Source: the human T2T-CHM13v2.0 reference genome, Homo sapiens. From it: 64,000 nucleotides of DNA. The position numbers and the translations under genes are program-made. Under the pieces are notes generated by a model. The model saw only the letters and a program-made list of their open reading frames with translations. It searched no databases and was not told the DNA's origin. The stretch lies in assembly GCF_009914755.1 (NCBI RefSeq), contig NC_060934.1; one strand, written 5' to 3'. Every line of letters begins with the position of its first letter. The first letter of the stretch is position 1. Shown in pieces: positions 14,430 to 26,962 of the stretch.

Positions 14430-14820
14430 CTGTAAAATTCCGTTGATCCTGAGATATCAGTTGTAAGACACACCATTCATTTATGTACCACTAAGGTAAA
14501 AACAAACAAACAAAACCAAAACATTGCCAATTAGACTGTGAAGCAATTCTTTCTTCTATAAAACATTTTTTTAACTGCATAGACCAAATACTTCAAATTT
14601 CTTAAATGGTTTGTTGACTGAAACATAGAAGGGTTGCAGTGGCCAGTCATTCTACCAGGAGTAACAGTCAAGTTCACCCATCGGCAGGCAGTGACTGCGC
14701 ATCACCACTGCCTGTCCAATAAAGATAGGAAGATACTACTGGTTAGAAAAGATGGCCCAATTTCAGAGATGCACATTTTTGTTTTCACATTTTAATAAAT
14801 TAGAGTCAATGATACATGGT
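14430..14820. mobile_element. Tc2-type DNA transposon fossil (MER104/Kanga-like)
   Basis: ttgtaagacacaccatt...tttatgtaccactaag...ttgccaatta and terminal aatttcagagatg...ttagagtcaatgatacatggt resemble the recalled consensus. Confidence 0.5.
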
Positions 14821-15439
14821 GAAATCGTTTCTCTCATTTTTCTAATAATAGCACTGCTGGAGAAAGTACTTATTATTAGCCTGTAATGGTGGTTTAGCAG
14901 CAGAAGGCAGATGTGGTTCCCGTATCAGTGAAGCTTTGTTGGGGAAACAGACAAGAAATGCATGAACAGTCAAACAGTTATAAATTGCGACTCCTTATTT
15001 TGGGGATGTAGAATGACCAGAGAATATGTCTTTGAAAAGACAGTATTACTCTTGAGACTTAAAGGGAGAGAGATAGAGAAATATAGAACGACCCAGGGAA
15101 GAGTGTTCCCATGGGAGGGGAGCAGAATATGTGGGCATGAAGACCCTGTGGAGGGAAAGACCTTGGCACCTTCCAGAAGTTCGGAGAATAATTGTGTGTC
15201 TCGAGCAGAAAGTTCCTCACGTGGCTAGTTCTTTGAATTAAACTCAAACATGTCCTAATTTGGATTTAGAGAAACGTCTTACCAGATACAGTCATAGTGT
15301 TTTAGTTCATGAAGCATATTTATTCTTTTCATGAAATGCTTCTGAGGATGGAATCACTTTCAAGCAAAATCTTTTCTTTTAAGTCAGTAGTCCGTAAAAG
15401 TACTGGATGTTGATGAGTGTATATCCATGTAGTTATATA

Positions 15440-16008
15440 CAGTTATCCTCATTATGCACAGATTCTGTTTCTCACAATCATTTGAAGACATGCAGAGCAG
15501 CAAAAATTCAGTCGCATGCGTTGCCTGTTCCCAGCTGAGGTCGAGCAAGGCAGCACTCTGCCTTTGGTGTCAGCTCTCGCACTATAAGGAAGTGTGGTTT
15601 TCACCATCTCAGTAGTGCCATGTTTTTCTCATTCTGTGCTTTTGTTGGTGATTTTGTGTTTAAAATGGCCCCAAAGCATAGTGCTGAAGTCCTGTCTAGT
15701 GGTCCCAGTGCCAGAGGCTGTGATGTGCCTCATAGAGAAAATGCATGTGTTACATAAGCCTCTTCTAGGCATGAGTTACAGTGCTGTGCACTGGGAGTTC
15801 AATGTTAATGCATCATTAATATCTTAGATAAGGTGTCTTTAAGCAGAAGCACATGTAAAACAAGGGTATGCATCGATTAGCTGATGAAAATGTTGTGACC
15901 AGAGACTTATAGGAACCTAACCGTGTATTTCTCTTAAGAGCAGTGGTTCAGTATTTGTTAGTTCAGTGTTACCATAACTACTGCAAATAACAAGTGACAG
16001 TATGTGTA
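15440..16008. mobile_element. Tigger-family DNA transposon (MER82-like)
   Basis: ttcccagctgaggtcgagcaaggc; tttaaaatggccccaaagcatagtgctgaagt; ggcatgagttacagtgctg. Confidence 0.75.
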
Positions 16009-16019
16009 CATATGAATAC

Positions 16020-16500
16020 ATAGCTAACATGCTGTTGTGTAACAAGCCACCCCCAAACTTTAGCAGCTTAAAACAGCAACCGTTTACTAGCTTACAATTC
16101 CATGAGTTTGCATTTTGGGTTGGCTCAGCCATGCGGCTCTTCTGCTGGACGAGGCTGGGATCACCCATACATTTACTGTTGGCTGGTGGTCAGTGGCTTT
16201 GCTCCTATGCCTGGTGCTTTGGCTGGGGCTCTGGGCCACACACTTCATCACCCCGCAGGCTAACCTGGGCTCATTCCTGTGGCAGTGGTTGCAGGTTTCC
16301 CAAGAGCAGCAGGAAGGCAAGTCCTTAGTGTGCAGCCGCTTTCCATGCCTCTGCTTCTGTCACATTTGCCCATTGGCCAAAGCAAGTCACACAGCCACCC
16401 AAAATCATGTCCACCTCTTGATGAGAACAGCTGTAGAAGCCCAGTGGAAGGGCATAGATGCAGGGAGGGGAAGAATGTCTGTTCATTTTTACAGTCTGAC
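16020..16500 (-). mobile_element. MLT1 (ERVL-MaLR) solo LTR
   Basis: tgtgtaacaagccacccccaaactttagcagcttaaaacagcaa and ccattggccaaagcaagtcaca are MLT1 hallmarks. Confidence 0.75.
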
Positions 16501-18529
16501 TCGTACTTCTCATACTAAGTCGTTTATATACAAACTCATTTTTTACATACTTTGTCTTACTGTTACTCAAAAGCCAAAGAGGTAGTACTTTCTGTTAACC
16601 CAAACTGGCATTAAGAGGAAACTGAAGTTCAGAAGGATGAAGGAACCACATAGCCCAATAATTGGCAGAGGCACATCATACATGTCTCTATGATTGTAGG
16701 GTTTTTATTCTGTTTCTATTGTTTCACTTTCTGATAGATAAATGGCTAATTTGCCTAATTTGTCTTATTCCTGGGGTGGGGAAAGGAATTGCAATGAGAT
16801 TAGTTTCATCCCTACAGAACAATACTATTGTCTGTAAAATAAACTGTATCCTATGCATAGTCTTACTATTTTAAGTCTAGGAAAATCATGATGATAGTGA
16901 TTTGTGAATGTGTGGTGTTTGATTATAAATTTGATTTGCACAAAGGGCCTACATCCTGGATATGGAATCTTAGTTGTAACAGAATTTATCCTGAAAGACT
17001 TAAAGGAAGATGATTAAAATATTAGAGATATTGACATTGTCTGAAGAGATCTACTTGTATTTATTTCTTGCAAAAAAAAAATCCACCATATTACCATAGC
17101 CAGGCCCTATTATGCTATTGTAATCATAGTTGAACCAAGAAGAGTGATTAACGATAGCAATTTATTGTATCTGAGGAGGAGAGAAAATAGGAGATGTTGT
17201 CGTTATCATAAATCATATCATAAATAACCAAAAAGAAGCACTCAGAATGCTTGTGTGGTGTCAGCAGCCAGCCCTTTCAGACACGTTAGCCCAGGATGTA
17301 GCCATAGAAACCCCAAAGTCATATTGTTATCTTAGTCTTGCTGCAGTTATGTGATACAACAGTATTAACATATAGATTAGGCCATTTATAATACTAGGTG
17401 TCATTTCAGGTTGGCTTGCTTATATAGCATTTTAGTTTTTTATTGTGCAGAATGTTAGTGAAATAGTACTTTTTTACAGGTCACTGTGTATCTAGGAATT
17501 TATAATGCATCATATTCACTCTACTATTAATTTCTTGTGTTATTGATTGGTTGTAATGTATGAATTGTCATTGCCTAATTGTCTTGTCTTTGCTAGTAAT
17601 TTCATTTTTTAAGTAAACAGGTTTATTTTAAAAATACATACCCACTTACACATGTTGAGTTGTGTTTTAAGGGTCTAATTTCTGTTACATTATAGACAGG
17701 ACAATTTTAAAATATTTTATAAGGAGATGTCAATGGAATTATTTTTTAGCCTCATTTAGTACTAGAAGATATAATGATGAAGTGGATTATGATTGTTTTT
17801 GACGCCATGCCCTTCTTTTCCTTCCCAGCATCGAGTGCCTGTTTTCCTATTATTTCCTGACTGCCCCAGCCTCTTCTCCTCAGAGTAGCTTCCCAGCTGG
17901 GCCTGACCCTGACCTTCCTGGTAGTAATACCCCGTGTTCTACACTCACCTAATCCTCAACATTCCATCACGTTGTTTCACTTCGGTTCCATTTTCCCAGT
18001 CTTCTCACTTCAAAAAGTAGGGTAGAGTTGTTCATTTGTTAGTTTCATGGTCTTAAAAATATTTTCACAGCAACATTTTAAAGATACTGCCTTTACCCAA
18101 ACACATAAATCAAGTGGTAGAGTTTCAGGAACTGTTGCTTGTTGGTCAGTGAGATATTTAGGGGCAGGAGTAGCTCTGTCCTGCCCTTTAGATCATCCCA
18201 CACATGGCCAACTACATGTAGAGATGGCCCTAATAATAAAGATCTTCATCTCTTGGAGGAGGTCAGATGTCAGTATTCACACTTTACAGATGAGAAAACT
18301 TAGGTCTTGGGAGGTGAAATGGGCTGTGCTGGGTTGAACTTGGCTCTGTGAACCGATCCCAGGTGTCATTTCAGTTAGGTTCCCTGCCCAGCCAACATTT
18401 CCATTCCTGCCTTCATATCCCTTGATGTGGCTCCGTGTGTACCTTGTGCAGATTCCTGCCTACCGTGTGAACTGATGGCCATAAAATGTGTTTGATTAAG
18501 GACAGCCAATCATGTCTTATTTGTCTTTG

Positions 18530-19887
18530 TAGTCCTAGTTAACACAGAACTTTCCATAGTGAGATTCAGAGTGCACATCATAGGCAAATGAATGAATTAG
18601 TCCTAGTTAACACAGAGCTCTCCATAGTGAGACTCAAGAGTGCACGCCATAGGCAAATGAGTGGATTAGTCCTAGTTAACACAGAGCTCTCCATAGTGAG
18701 ATTCAGAGTGCACTCCATAGGTGAATGAGCGGATTAGTCCTAGTTAACACAGAGCTCTCCCTAGTGAGATTCAGAGTGCACTCCACAGGTGAATGAGTGG
18801 ATTAGTCCTAGTTAACACAGAGCTCTCCATAGTGAGATTCAGAGTGCACTCCATAGGCGAATGAGTGAATTAGTTCTAGTTAACATGAGCTCTCCATAGT
18901 GAGATTTAGAGTGCACTCCATAGGTGAATGAATGAATTAGTCCCAGTTAACACAGAGCTCTCCATAGTGAGATTCAGAGTGCACTCCATATATGAATGAG
19001 TGGATTAGTCCTAGTTAACACAGAGCTCTTCCTAGTGAGATTCAGAGTGCACTCCATAGGTGAATGAGTGGATTAGTCCTAGTTAACACAGAGCTCTCCC
19101 TAGTGAGATTCAGAGTGCACTCCATAGGCGAATGAGTGAATTAGTTCTAGTTAACACAGAGCTCTCCATAGTGAGATTCAGAGTGCACTCCATAGGCAAA
19201 TGAGTGAATTAGTTCTAGTTAACACGAGCTCTCCATAGTGAGATTTAGAGTGCACTCCATAGGTGAATGAATGAATTAGTCCCAGTTAACACAGAGCTCT
19301 CCATAGTGAGATTCAGAGTGCACTCCATAGGCGAATGAGTGAATTAGTTCTAGTTAACACAGAGCTCTCCATAGTGAGATTTAGAGTGCACTCCATAGGT
19401 GAATGAATGAATTAGTCCCAGTTAACACAGAGCTCTCCATAGTGAGATTCAGAGTGCACTCCATATGTGAATGAGTGGATTAGTCCTAGTTAACACAGAG
19501 CTCTCCCTAGTGAGATTCAGAGTGCACTCCATAGGTGAATGAGTGGATTAGTCCTAGTTAACACAGAGCTCTCCCTAGTGAGATTCAGAGTGCCCTCCAT
19601 AGGCGAATGAGTGAATTAGTTCTAGTTAACACAGAGCTCTCCATAGTGAGATTCAGAGTGCACTCCATAGGTGAATGAGTGAATTAGTTCTAGTTAACAC
19701 AGAGCTCTCCATAGTGAGATTCAGAGTGCACTCCATAGGCGAATGAGTGAATTAGTTCTAGTTAACACGAGCTCTCCATAGTGAGATTTAGAGTGCACTC
19801 CATAGGTGAATGAATGAATTAGTCCCAGTTAACACAGAGCTCTCCATAGTGAGATTCAGAGTGCACTCCATATGTGAATGAATGAAT
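18530..19887. repeat. Minisatellite/VNTR, 20 units of 67-69 bp; consensus tagtcctagttaacacagagctctccatagtgagattcagagtgcactccataggtgaatgagtggat
   Basis: Unit starts counted manually: 18530, 18598, 18667, 18735, 18803, 18871, 18938, 19006, 19074, 19142, 19210, 19277, 19345, 19413, 19481, 19549, 19617, 19685, 19753, 19820. Confidence 0.98.
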
Positions 19888-21013
19888 TTTAGTGGCATTG
19901 AGTCACTTCAAGGAACTGGTTACAATAAATATACCTAAATTCAGACGAATAGAAAGGTATTTTTTGAAAAAAGTATGCTTTTTTGTTTTTCAACCTCTCT
20001 GCCCCACCTCTCCCGTGCTGTCTAAGCATTCATTTAAATGATCCTTTCATTTGCTAGTAAAAGAGGAATCTATTATAAAAACAGTGACATGTATGGACTA
20101 ATAGGAAAGTTTGTGCATCATTGTAGAAATTAATTTCTACATCTGCATACATTTTTCATTTACAGATTCTGACACAAGATTGTGTGTACACTTTTAACCA
20201 ATCATAAGAAGTCTAGCTTTAAATACGTTTAATTTTTGATGAAATATATGCAGATAGCATTTTGTTGTTCCTTTGCTTAAAGTTTAAGAATACAAGCATA
20301 TTTTCTGCTTAGTTGGAGAACATGCCACTGAATTTTAAAGTTGCATGCGTCTGTGTAGTTAGTCAGATAAAAAGCTTCTATGCCATGTGCAAACAATTTC
20401 CCTTTATTTCCTAATGTCTATGAACTTTTTAGATTATAGTGTTTCTTTAAAGGCATTTACTATTCTAGTTAAAAAGATATTTTGTTCTAAGTCAATATTT
20501 ATAGTAGCTTAGAATTAACCTCCCAAAAATCCTTTTGGTGTGTCAGACCTTATTGCCTTGTTCTGTTTTTGTCTGAGAAGTTTAGAAAAGAAGCATGTTT
20601 TTCTCATTATTCCTCAGGAGAATGTAGGGAGTGTGGATTATTTGTTTGTGTTATTAATGAAGGAAAATTGAAATGGAGTTTGTGGTGTCCTGCTCCCATC
20701 AACATTTGTAAAGCTTTTGAAAGATAGGGATTAATATGGATACATTTTGTTGCTTTTATGTGATTAAAAGGAATTTGACAATTGTTCTGCAGTCACACTC
20801 TGATGCTTTTAGGGTAAAGGATCGTGATGTCTACAACTTATTCTCAAAGTTTCCCAAAATTATACTATAATTAGGTAATTATATTAATAGATGTAGTTAT
20901 ATAATACATATGTTAATTAGTGCATCGGGTTATAGGGTATTCATGAATTCTTTGTAGTATTCTTACAACTTTTCTACGTTTGAAATTATTTCAAATTTAA
21001 AAATTAAAAAATA

Positions 21014-21355
<342 letters not shown>

Positions 21356-22073
21356 TTAAACAAGAAGATATCTTAGAAAGCATCTCTGTCTCCCTATTTT
21401 TGTATACATTATGATCAGATACCCAGCTACCAATTAAATATCTGTCTAAAAGTGAATCTCTAGCTGTGGTGATGAATTTGTGCTGAGTCATTCATGATTT
21501 CACATCATTTCCCTTTTTGGACTGGTGAAAAAAGCATACCAGACATGCAAAACATTTGGCAGAATGAGGAGTTCCTTCTTACTGTGGCCATTTCTTATTT
21601 GAAGTATAGCATTCACATTTTAGTGACTGTGTGAAAAACATGAAAAAATAGGGTTGTTAAGAGGGGACATGAATTTTAGTTAAGATTTTTTTGAAAATAG
21701 GTATTACCACACTGTTTTAGGTGTGATTCTTCATGTCTTTAATTTTTTTTTGTTGTTAGTGTCTTTTTTCTACTAGAACTATAGGGGTTATATAATAATT
21801 TATGGGATTCTTTGATGAATGAGAGTTTAATCAATTATAACACATAATTTTCAATACATTCTCACACGTGGGAAAAGCAAATCAAAAGTCATATCACTAT
21901 CAACTTTAACCAAACTTTAGCACAAGCGGAAAAGGTGACATCACTTTTGGGAATAATCCTTACTATGCCTTTAGGGACATGAGCATTAATACCTATCCAG
22001 AACTACCTTTCCTTAGTTAAATACCCACTGTCCTTCAAAGCTTCCCCAACAGCCCTCAATTGCTTTCATGGAG

Positions 22074-22117
22074 CGATGGGGAGATTAGGGCAGACGATGG
22101 GGAGATTAGGGCAGACG
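22074..22117. repeat. Perfect 21-bp tandem duplication (cgatggggagattagggcaga)x2
   Basis: Read directly. Confidence 0.95.
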
Positions 22118-22596
22118 GCTGAGGTGAATTCACATCACCCACAGATACTAACTCTGGATGTGTGCTGCTATTGGTTTTACAGAGATCACGGGGAGGAGAA
22201 TTGTTTTTTGTTTTTTTAATCTTCTCAAAAGGGTTACAAGGTTAACTTTCCAAGGCATATCTCTATTATTGATGGGTATTATTATTTAGCAGTTTGAATA
22301 CTTACCTTTAGTAATTAATTTTCAGAATACTCTCAAGATAAATGGTGTTAAAGAACTGGTCTTATTGATCAAGGAACTAATGCGCCAAGAAGATGAACTT
22401 GTGTGAAAACTTACAACTAACAATCAATTTTTTAAATTTTTTTTTCAATATTTGTTTCTCACATATGTACAGAAGAGTCCTTTTCTCCCGTTTCAGAACA
22501 CTAAAATAACAGAAAATGAGTTCTTAGTTCTTTGGAAATAAAAATCTTTGAAATATTTCATATATACACATGCTGTCTGTCTCACGCTCTCTCTAG

Positions 22597-22600
<4 letters not shown>

Positions 22601-22641
<41 letters not shown>
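22601..22641. repeat. (CT)20 microsatellite
   Basis: Read directly. Confidence 0.98.
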
Positions 22642-22645
<4 letters not shown>

Positions 22646-23199
22646 TTGGAACACAGCTATTATTATTATTATGTCTATATTTGTGTTAAAGTAGAAAGGG
22701 CCTGTGACCCAAATTTTTTTTTATTATTTTTGCAATAACATATCAAGATTAGATATCTTGTAATATTAAGCTTATGCTGACCAAATTTTGCAGTTTTATA
22801 ATACACAGGCTTCCACAGATTAGTGTAGGAAAATATTTTTAAGACATTTGTAGGATATTTTACAGATTATTAGTAAATGATGATCATTATACACATGCAT
22901 GCAAAGAATACTTTGTTGCCATTCAATTATTATGAAACTGAAATTCACCTTTACCAGTGGTAGAGGCTAAACAGTTCAATAGCCATTACACATGTATCTT
23001 ATTCCAAACACTTAAAACATAGAATTAAAATTATTCATGTAGTAAAAAGCCAGATACTCATTATGTGTAACCATCAACCAAGTCTGCATTTGAGCAGGCA
23101 GAAGCTAGATCAACTGTATTTATTTGTTTTAATTTTAAAAATTCTAATATTTTTAAAATAAAATATATTCACTCAAGTCGAAAACTTTTTTACCAGGAG

Positions 23200-23610
23200 A
23201 ATGGATTAGCTACCATTGGACATTTCTGCAGCAGTGAAAATAAGTGAACTACAGCTGCCTGCATCAATCTGGGTGAATCTCAGAAACATAATGTTGGGTA
23301 AAAATTAAAAAAAAAAATTATAGTATCATACTATTTATGTAAAGTTCAAAAACAAGCAAACTACCTACAAATATGGTAAAACTACAAAGGAAACAGATTG
23401 AAGATCAAGATAGTAGTTCCCTGGGGGCTGGGGTAGGAGTGGAGAAAGCAGGGGTGGATGGGAAAGGAGCCACAGGATTGGGAGGGCCCTGCTCATGCTC
23501 TTCTGAAGCAGGCGATGGCCTCGCAGGTGTTCACTGATTATTATGCTTCATAACTTCCACGCGCGTTACTTATTCCTGCTGGTAGGTATCAGATCATTTC
23601 TAATTTTAAA
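23200..23610 (+). mobile_element. Ancient L1 (L1ME/MC-like) 3' fragment
   Basis: gcagcagtgaaaataagtgaactacagct...gggtgaatctcagaaacataatgttg. Confidence 0.65.
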
Positions 23611-23666
23611 AATTGTTTAAGTATCTTCACACTTTTTCCTTTTCTTATTAAAAGTTTTAGGCTTTT

Positions 23667-23985
<319 letters not shown>

Positions 23986-24214
23986 TCAGGCTTTTTTTTC
24001 TGACGAAGTCCTTTGTTCATTTTAATTGATTTTGATGCTGCAATTGAAGCTTTCTTATAAAATCTTAAGTAAATAAGAAAGTGTAAATTAAACAAATAAA
24101 AATAAGAAACCTTTGTTTGTTCTAAAAAAAATCTATTTTAAAACGTTTGTATTTTTAAGTATTCCTAAAACCAACACTTGAAGTGATTTAGTTTTATAAT
24201 TCATTTCTATTCCT

Positions 24215-24292
24215 TTAAATAACATAAAGGAATGAATACAAGTTTTTGCAGTATTAAGTAACATAAAGGAATGAATATAAATTTTTGCAGTA
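24215..24292. repeat. 39-bp tandem duplication, slightly diverged
   Basis: taacataaaggaatgaatacaagtttttgcagta vs taacataaaggaatgaatataaatttttgcagta. Confidence 0.9.
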
Positions 24293-25168
24293 GGAACTTG
24301 AAAAACAAAAGTGAAAATAAACAATAAAAACAAAATAACAAAAACAGAATAAACCTAGCTTGTGGAGTCTTACTTTAAATCAAGCTTAATGTTAAGTTTT
24401 TTTTACTGAAACACAAACAACCATCATTAATTTTTGATACCGTTATGAGTTATTTGAGCTCTAAATTCAAAGTAAACCAATATATTTTCTAAAGTAGTTG
24501 TATGAAACCATCCCAGTTTTCCTAGCCAAGCCTCACATTCTTCCTTCATTCAAAGGCCTATCTTGTAGCCATTTTGCCAGTTCTAATCTGATAGAATTGC
24601 ACATTAGTAAAATAATATATCTTACTATACAGAAAAATCCAAATTTTCAAGTTATTGTAACTATAAAGCAGACCTTACATCCATAAGACTTGAAACTGTC
24701 TTACTAGTAGTCCTGGGTATCCCCTGTAGTCCCTTTCTAGGGAATGCTTGGAGTAGAGCAGTTTCCCTCTGGTCTCCCAGTATCCATAAGGCCTTCCCTG
24801 GAGAACACACACTGTTAGAGCTGAGCTATATCCAGATTAGTCCCCAGAGTTAGAAGAGCAGGATGCACCATAACATACTCTAAAGACCCGTTATCCTGCC
24901 TAAGCCAAACCTTTATCATTCTGTTTTGGCATCATTGGGATTTATGAACCTCTGTGGAGTAGGAGGAGGTTCTTTGAAATTTAGAAATGTAATATTAATA
25001 AGTGAATGTTCATTCACTTTCAGAATACCCTAAAGCTGTCTTCTTTCTGATTTTCTCATGTTTATCTGTTGGCAGTTGAGCAGATCTGAAGTCCGCCTTG
25101 TCATTCTGATAGCAAAAGCGAGGGAGGGAGGGAAAAGTTTAGATGAGCTGAATGTGGTAGGTCTAGGA

Positions 25169-25225
25169 CAGGGGTCAGCAAACGTTTTTTTGTAAAGAGC
25201 TGGATAGTAAATATTCTAGGCTTTC
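25169..25225. mobile_element. MER58 (hAT-Charlie) terminal fragment
   Basis: caggggtcagcaaac...tgtaaagagctggatagtaaatattctaggcttt. Confidence 0.7.
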
Positions 25226-26657
25226 TTTGTTGCATGTATAACTGGAACACAGTAGACCCCAAAGGGAGTACGTGGTTATTTCTAGTTGCTAAGAGAAGGC
25301 ATTACAGAATAGGTAATACTTGAGAGCCTTAGAAGTCGCCAACATGTTAGGAAGGAAAAGACATTTCAGGCACGGGGAATCGCATGTGCAGAGGTACAGG
25401 AGTGTGACCACATATTTGGGGATTGCAGATAAGTTAGCATGGCTGGAATGGGTAGAGCACGCAGGGGCTCACTGTGAATGATGAGGTTACTTCCCTAGCT
25501 TAGAGGGAGCACCTTGTCAGTCATACTGGAGAAATTGGATTTTTATATTTTATTTTTTCCTCCAATTTCCCAGATGGAGAGGATTTTTGTATTTTAGAAT
25601 AGTGATTTTCAAACATGTTTTAGCCTCACAACAAAAGCTTTTGTGGAAGCTCTGCATGTAAAATAGATAACCCCAGGCATAACTCTTCCGTGTAATAAAG
25701 AACAGCCGTTTCTACTGTGCAGTAGCCTCAGAAGGGGTTCTACAAACCCTCAATTTCCAAGGGATGCCTTTTACAAACTGCTTCTGAAGGAAGCAATGAA
25801 AGGTTTTTAAGATGAGGAACCACAAGCTCAGATTTGCGTGTTCGGAAGATCACCGTAAGACGACGTGAGAGATGGTTCTGAGAAAGCTGCACTGGAGGCC
25901 GAGACTAGGTAGAAGGTCCTTGCAGCCATACAGAGAAGAGGTGCTGAATATTGATATTAACAAGACAGAAGCAGGGGGAAAGCACATGAAAGCAAACAGA
26001 GTTGAAAACTTGTGCTGTCAATTCAGATCTGGCGGAGAAGATGGGAGAGAATCTAGAATGACCCCAGGTTCCTGACTTGGGACCTGGTGGGTGATGCCAT
26101 CATTATCGCGAATCGGTAGCATAATTGATGAGGTTGTGATGTTCTTTATGATTTACTAAGTACTTCCCCATGCATCATCTCACGCGTTCTCCATCTGTGC
26201 ATCCTTCATGCTTTTGCAGCATGGCTTCTGCTGTTGGCCTCATCCTCGTTGACCTCTTAAGCATTTGGCTTTGTTCACCTGCCTTCTGCATAAAACTCTT
26301 GCTCCCTTGATCTCTTTGACATCTGACCCTCCATGTATTTCTTTAGTTCTTCTTCCTTTTCTTTTTATATATAGGTATTCCTCAAAATACCTGAACCTGT
26401 TTCCTCTTGTTTCTTCCTTGTTCATATCATCCATCATGGTGACTTTAGTTATCTCAACAACACTCTTTCTCTCATGCACTCTGTCCTGTTTTCTGATCAT
26501 CTGTATTATATTTCAGCTGCCGAGTAGGCATTGCAGACTAAATGTTCATCAAACTCTGTGTCTAGGGATTGAGCTAATAATCATTGTCCTTTTCTATTTC
26601 CTTATTTCCTGTTTCTGTTCATCACTACATTTATCACTCACCAAGGCTCAAAGCTTT

Positions 26658-26962
26658 CTTTCCCTTTTTTTTTTCTTTAAAAATAGGGTCTCGCTCTGTC
26701 GCCCAGGCTGGAGTGCAGTGGCGCAATCATGGCTCATTGCAGCCTCAACCTTCTGGGCTCAGGTGACCCTTGCACCTCAGTCTCCCAGGTAGCTGGGACT
26801 ACAGGCACGCACCACAACACCCAGCTAATTTTTGTATTTTTTAGTAAAGATGGGGTCTCACTATGTTGCCCAGGCTGGTTTCAAACTCCTGGGCTCAGGT
26901 AATCCTACTCCCTCGGCCTCCCAAGATGTTGGCATTACAGGCATGAGCCACCATGCCTGACC
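26658..26962 (-). mobile_element. AluJ inserted in an L2-like region
   Basis: Antisense dimer; perfect 14-bp TSD aggctcaaagcttt (26644-57 and 26963-76). Confidence 0.93.

Noticed and set aside
18530-19887. CRISPR-like array (regular period with palindromes)
   Set aside because: There are no unique spacers, since whole units are near-identical. No cas genes. Primate intron context.
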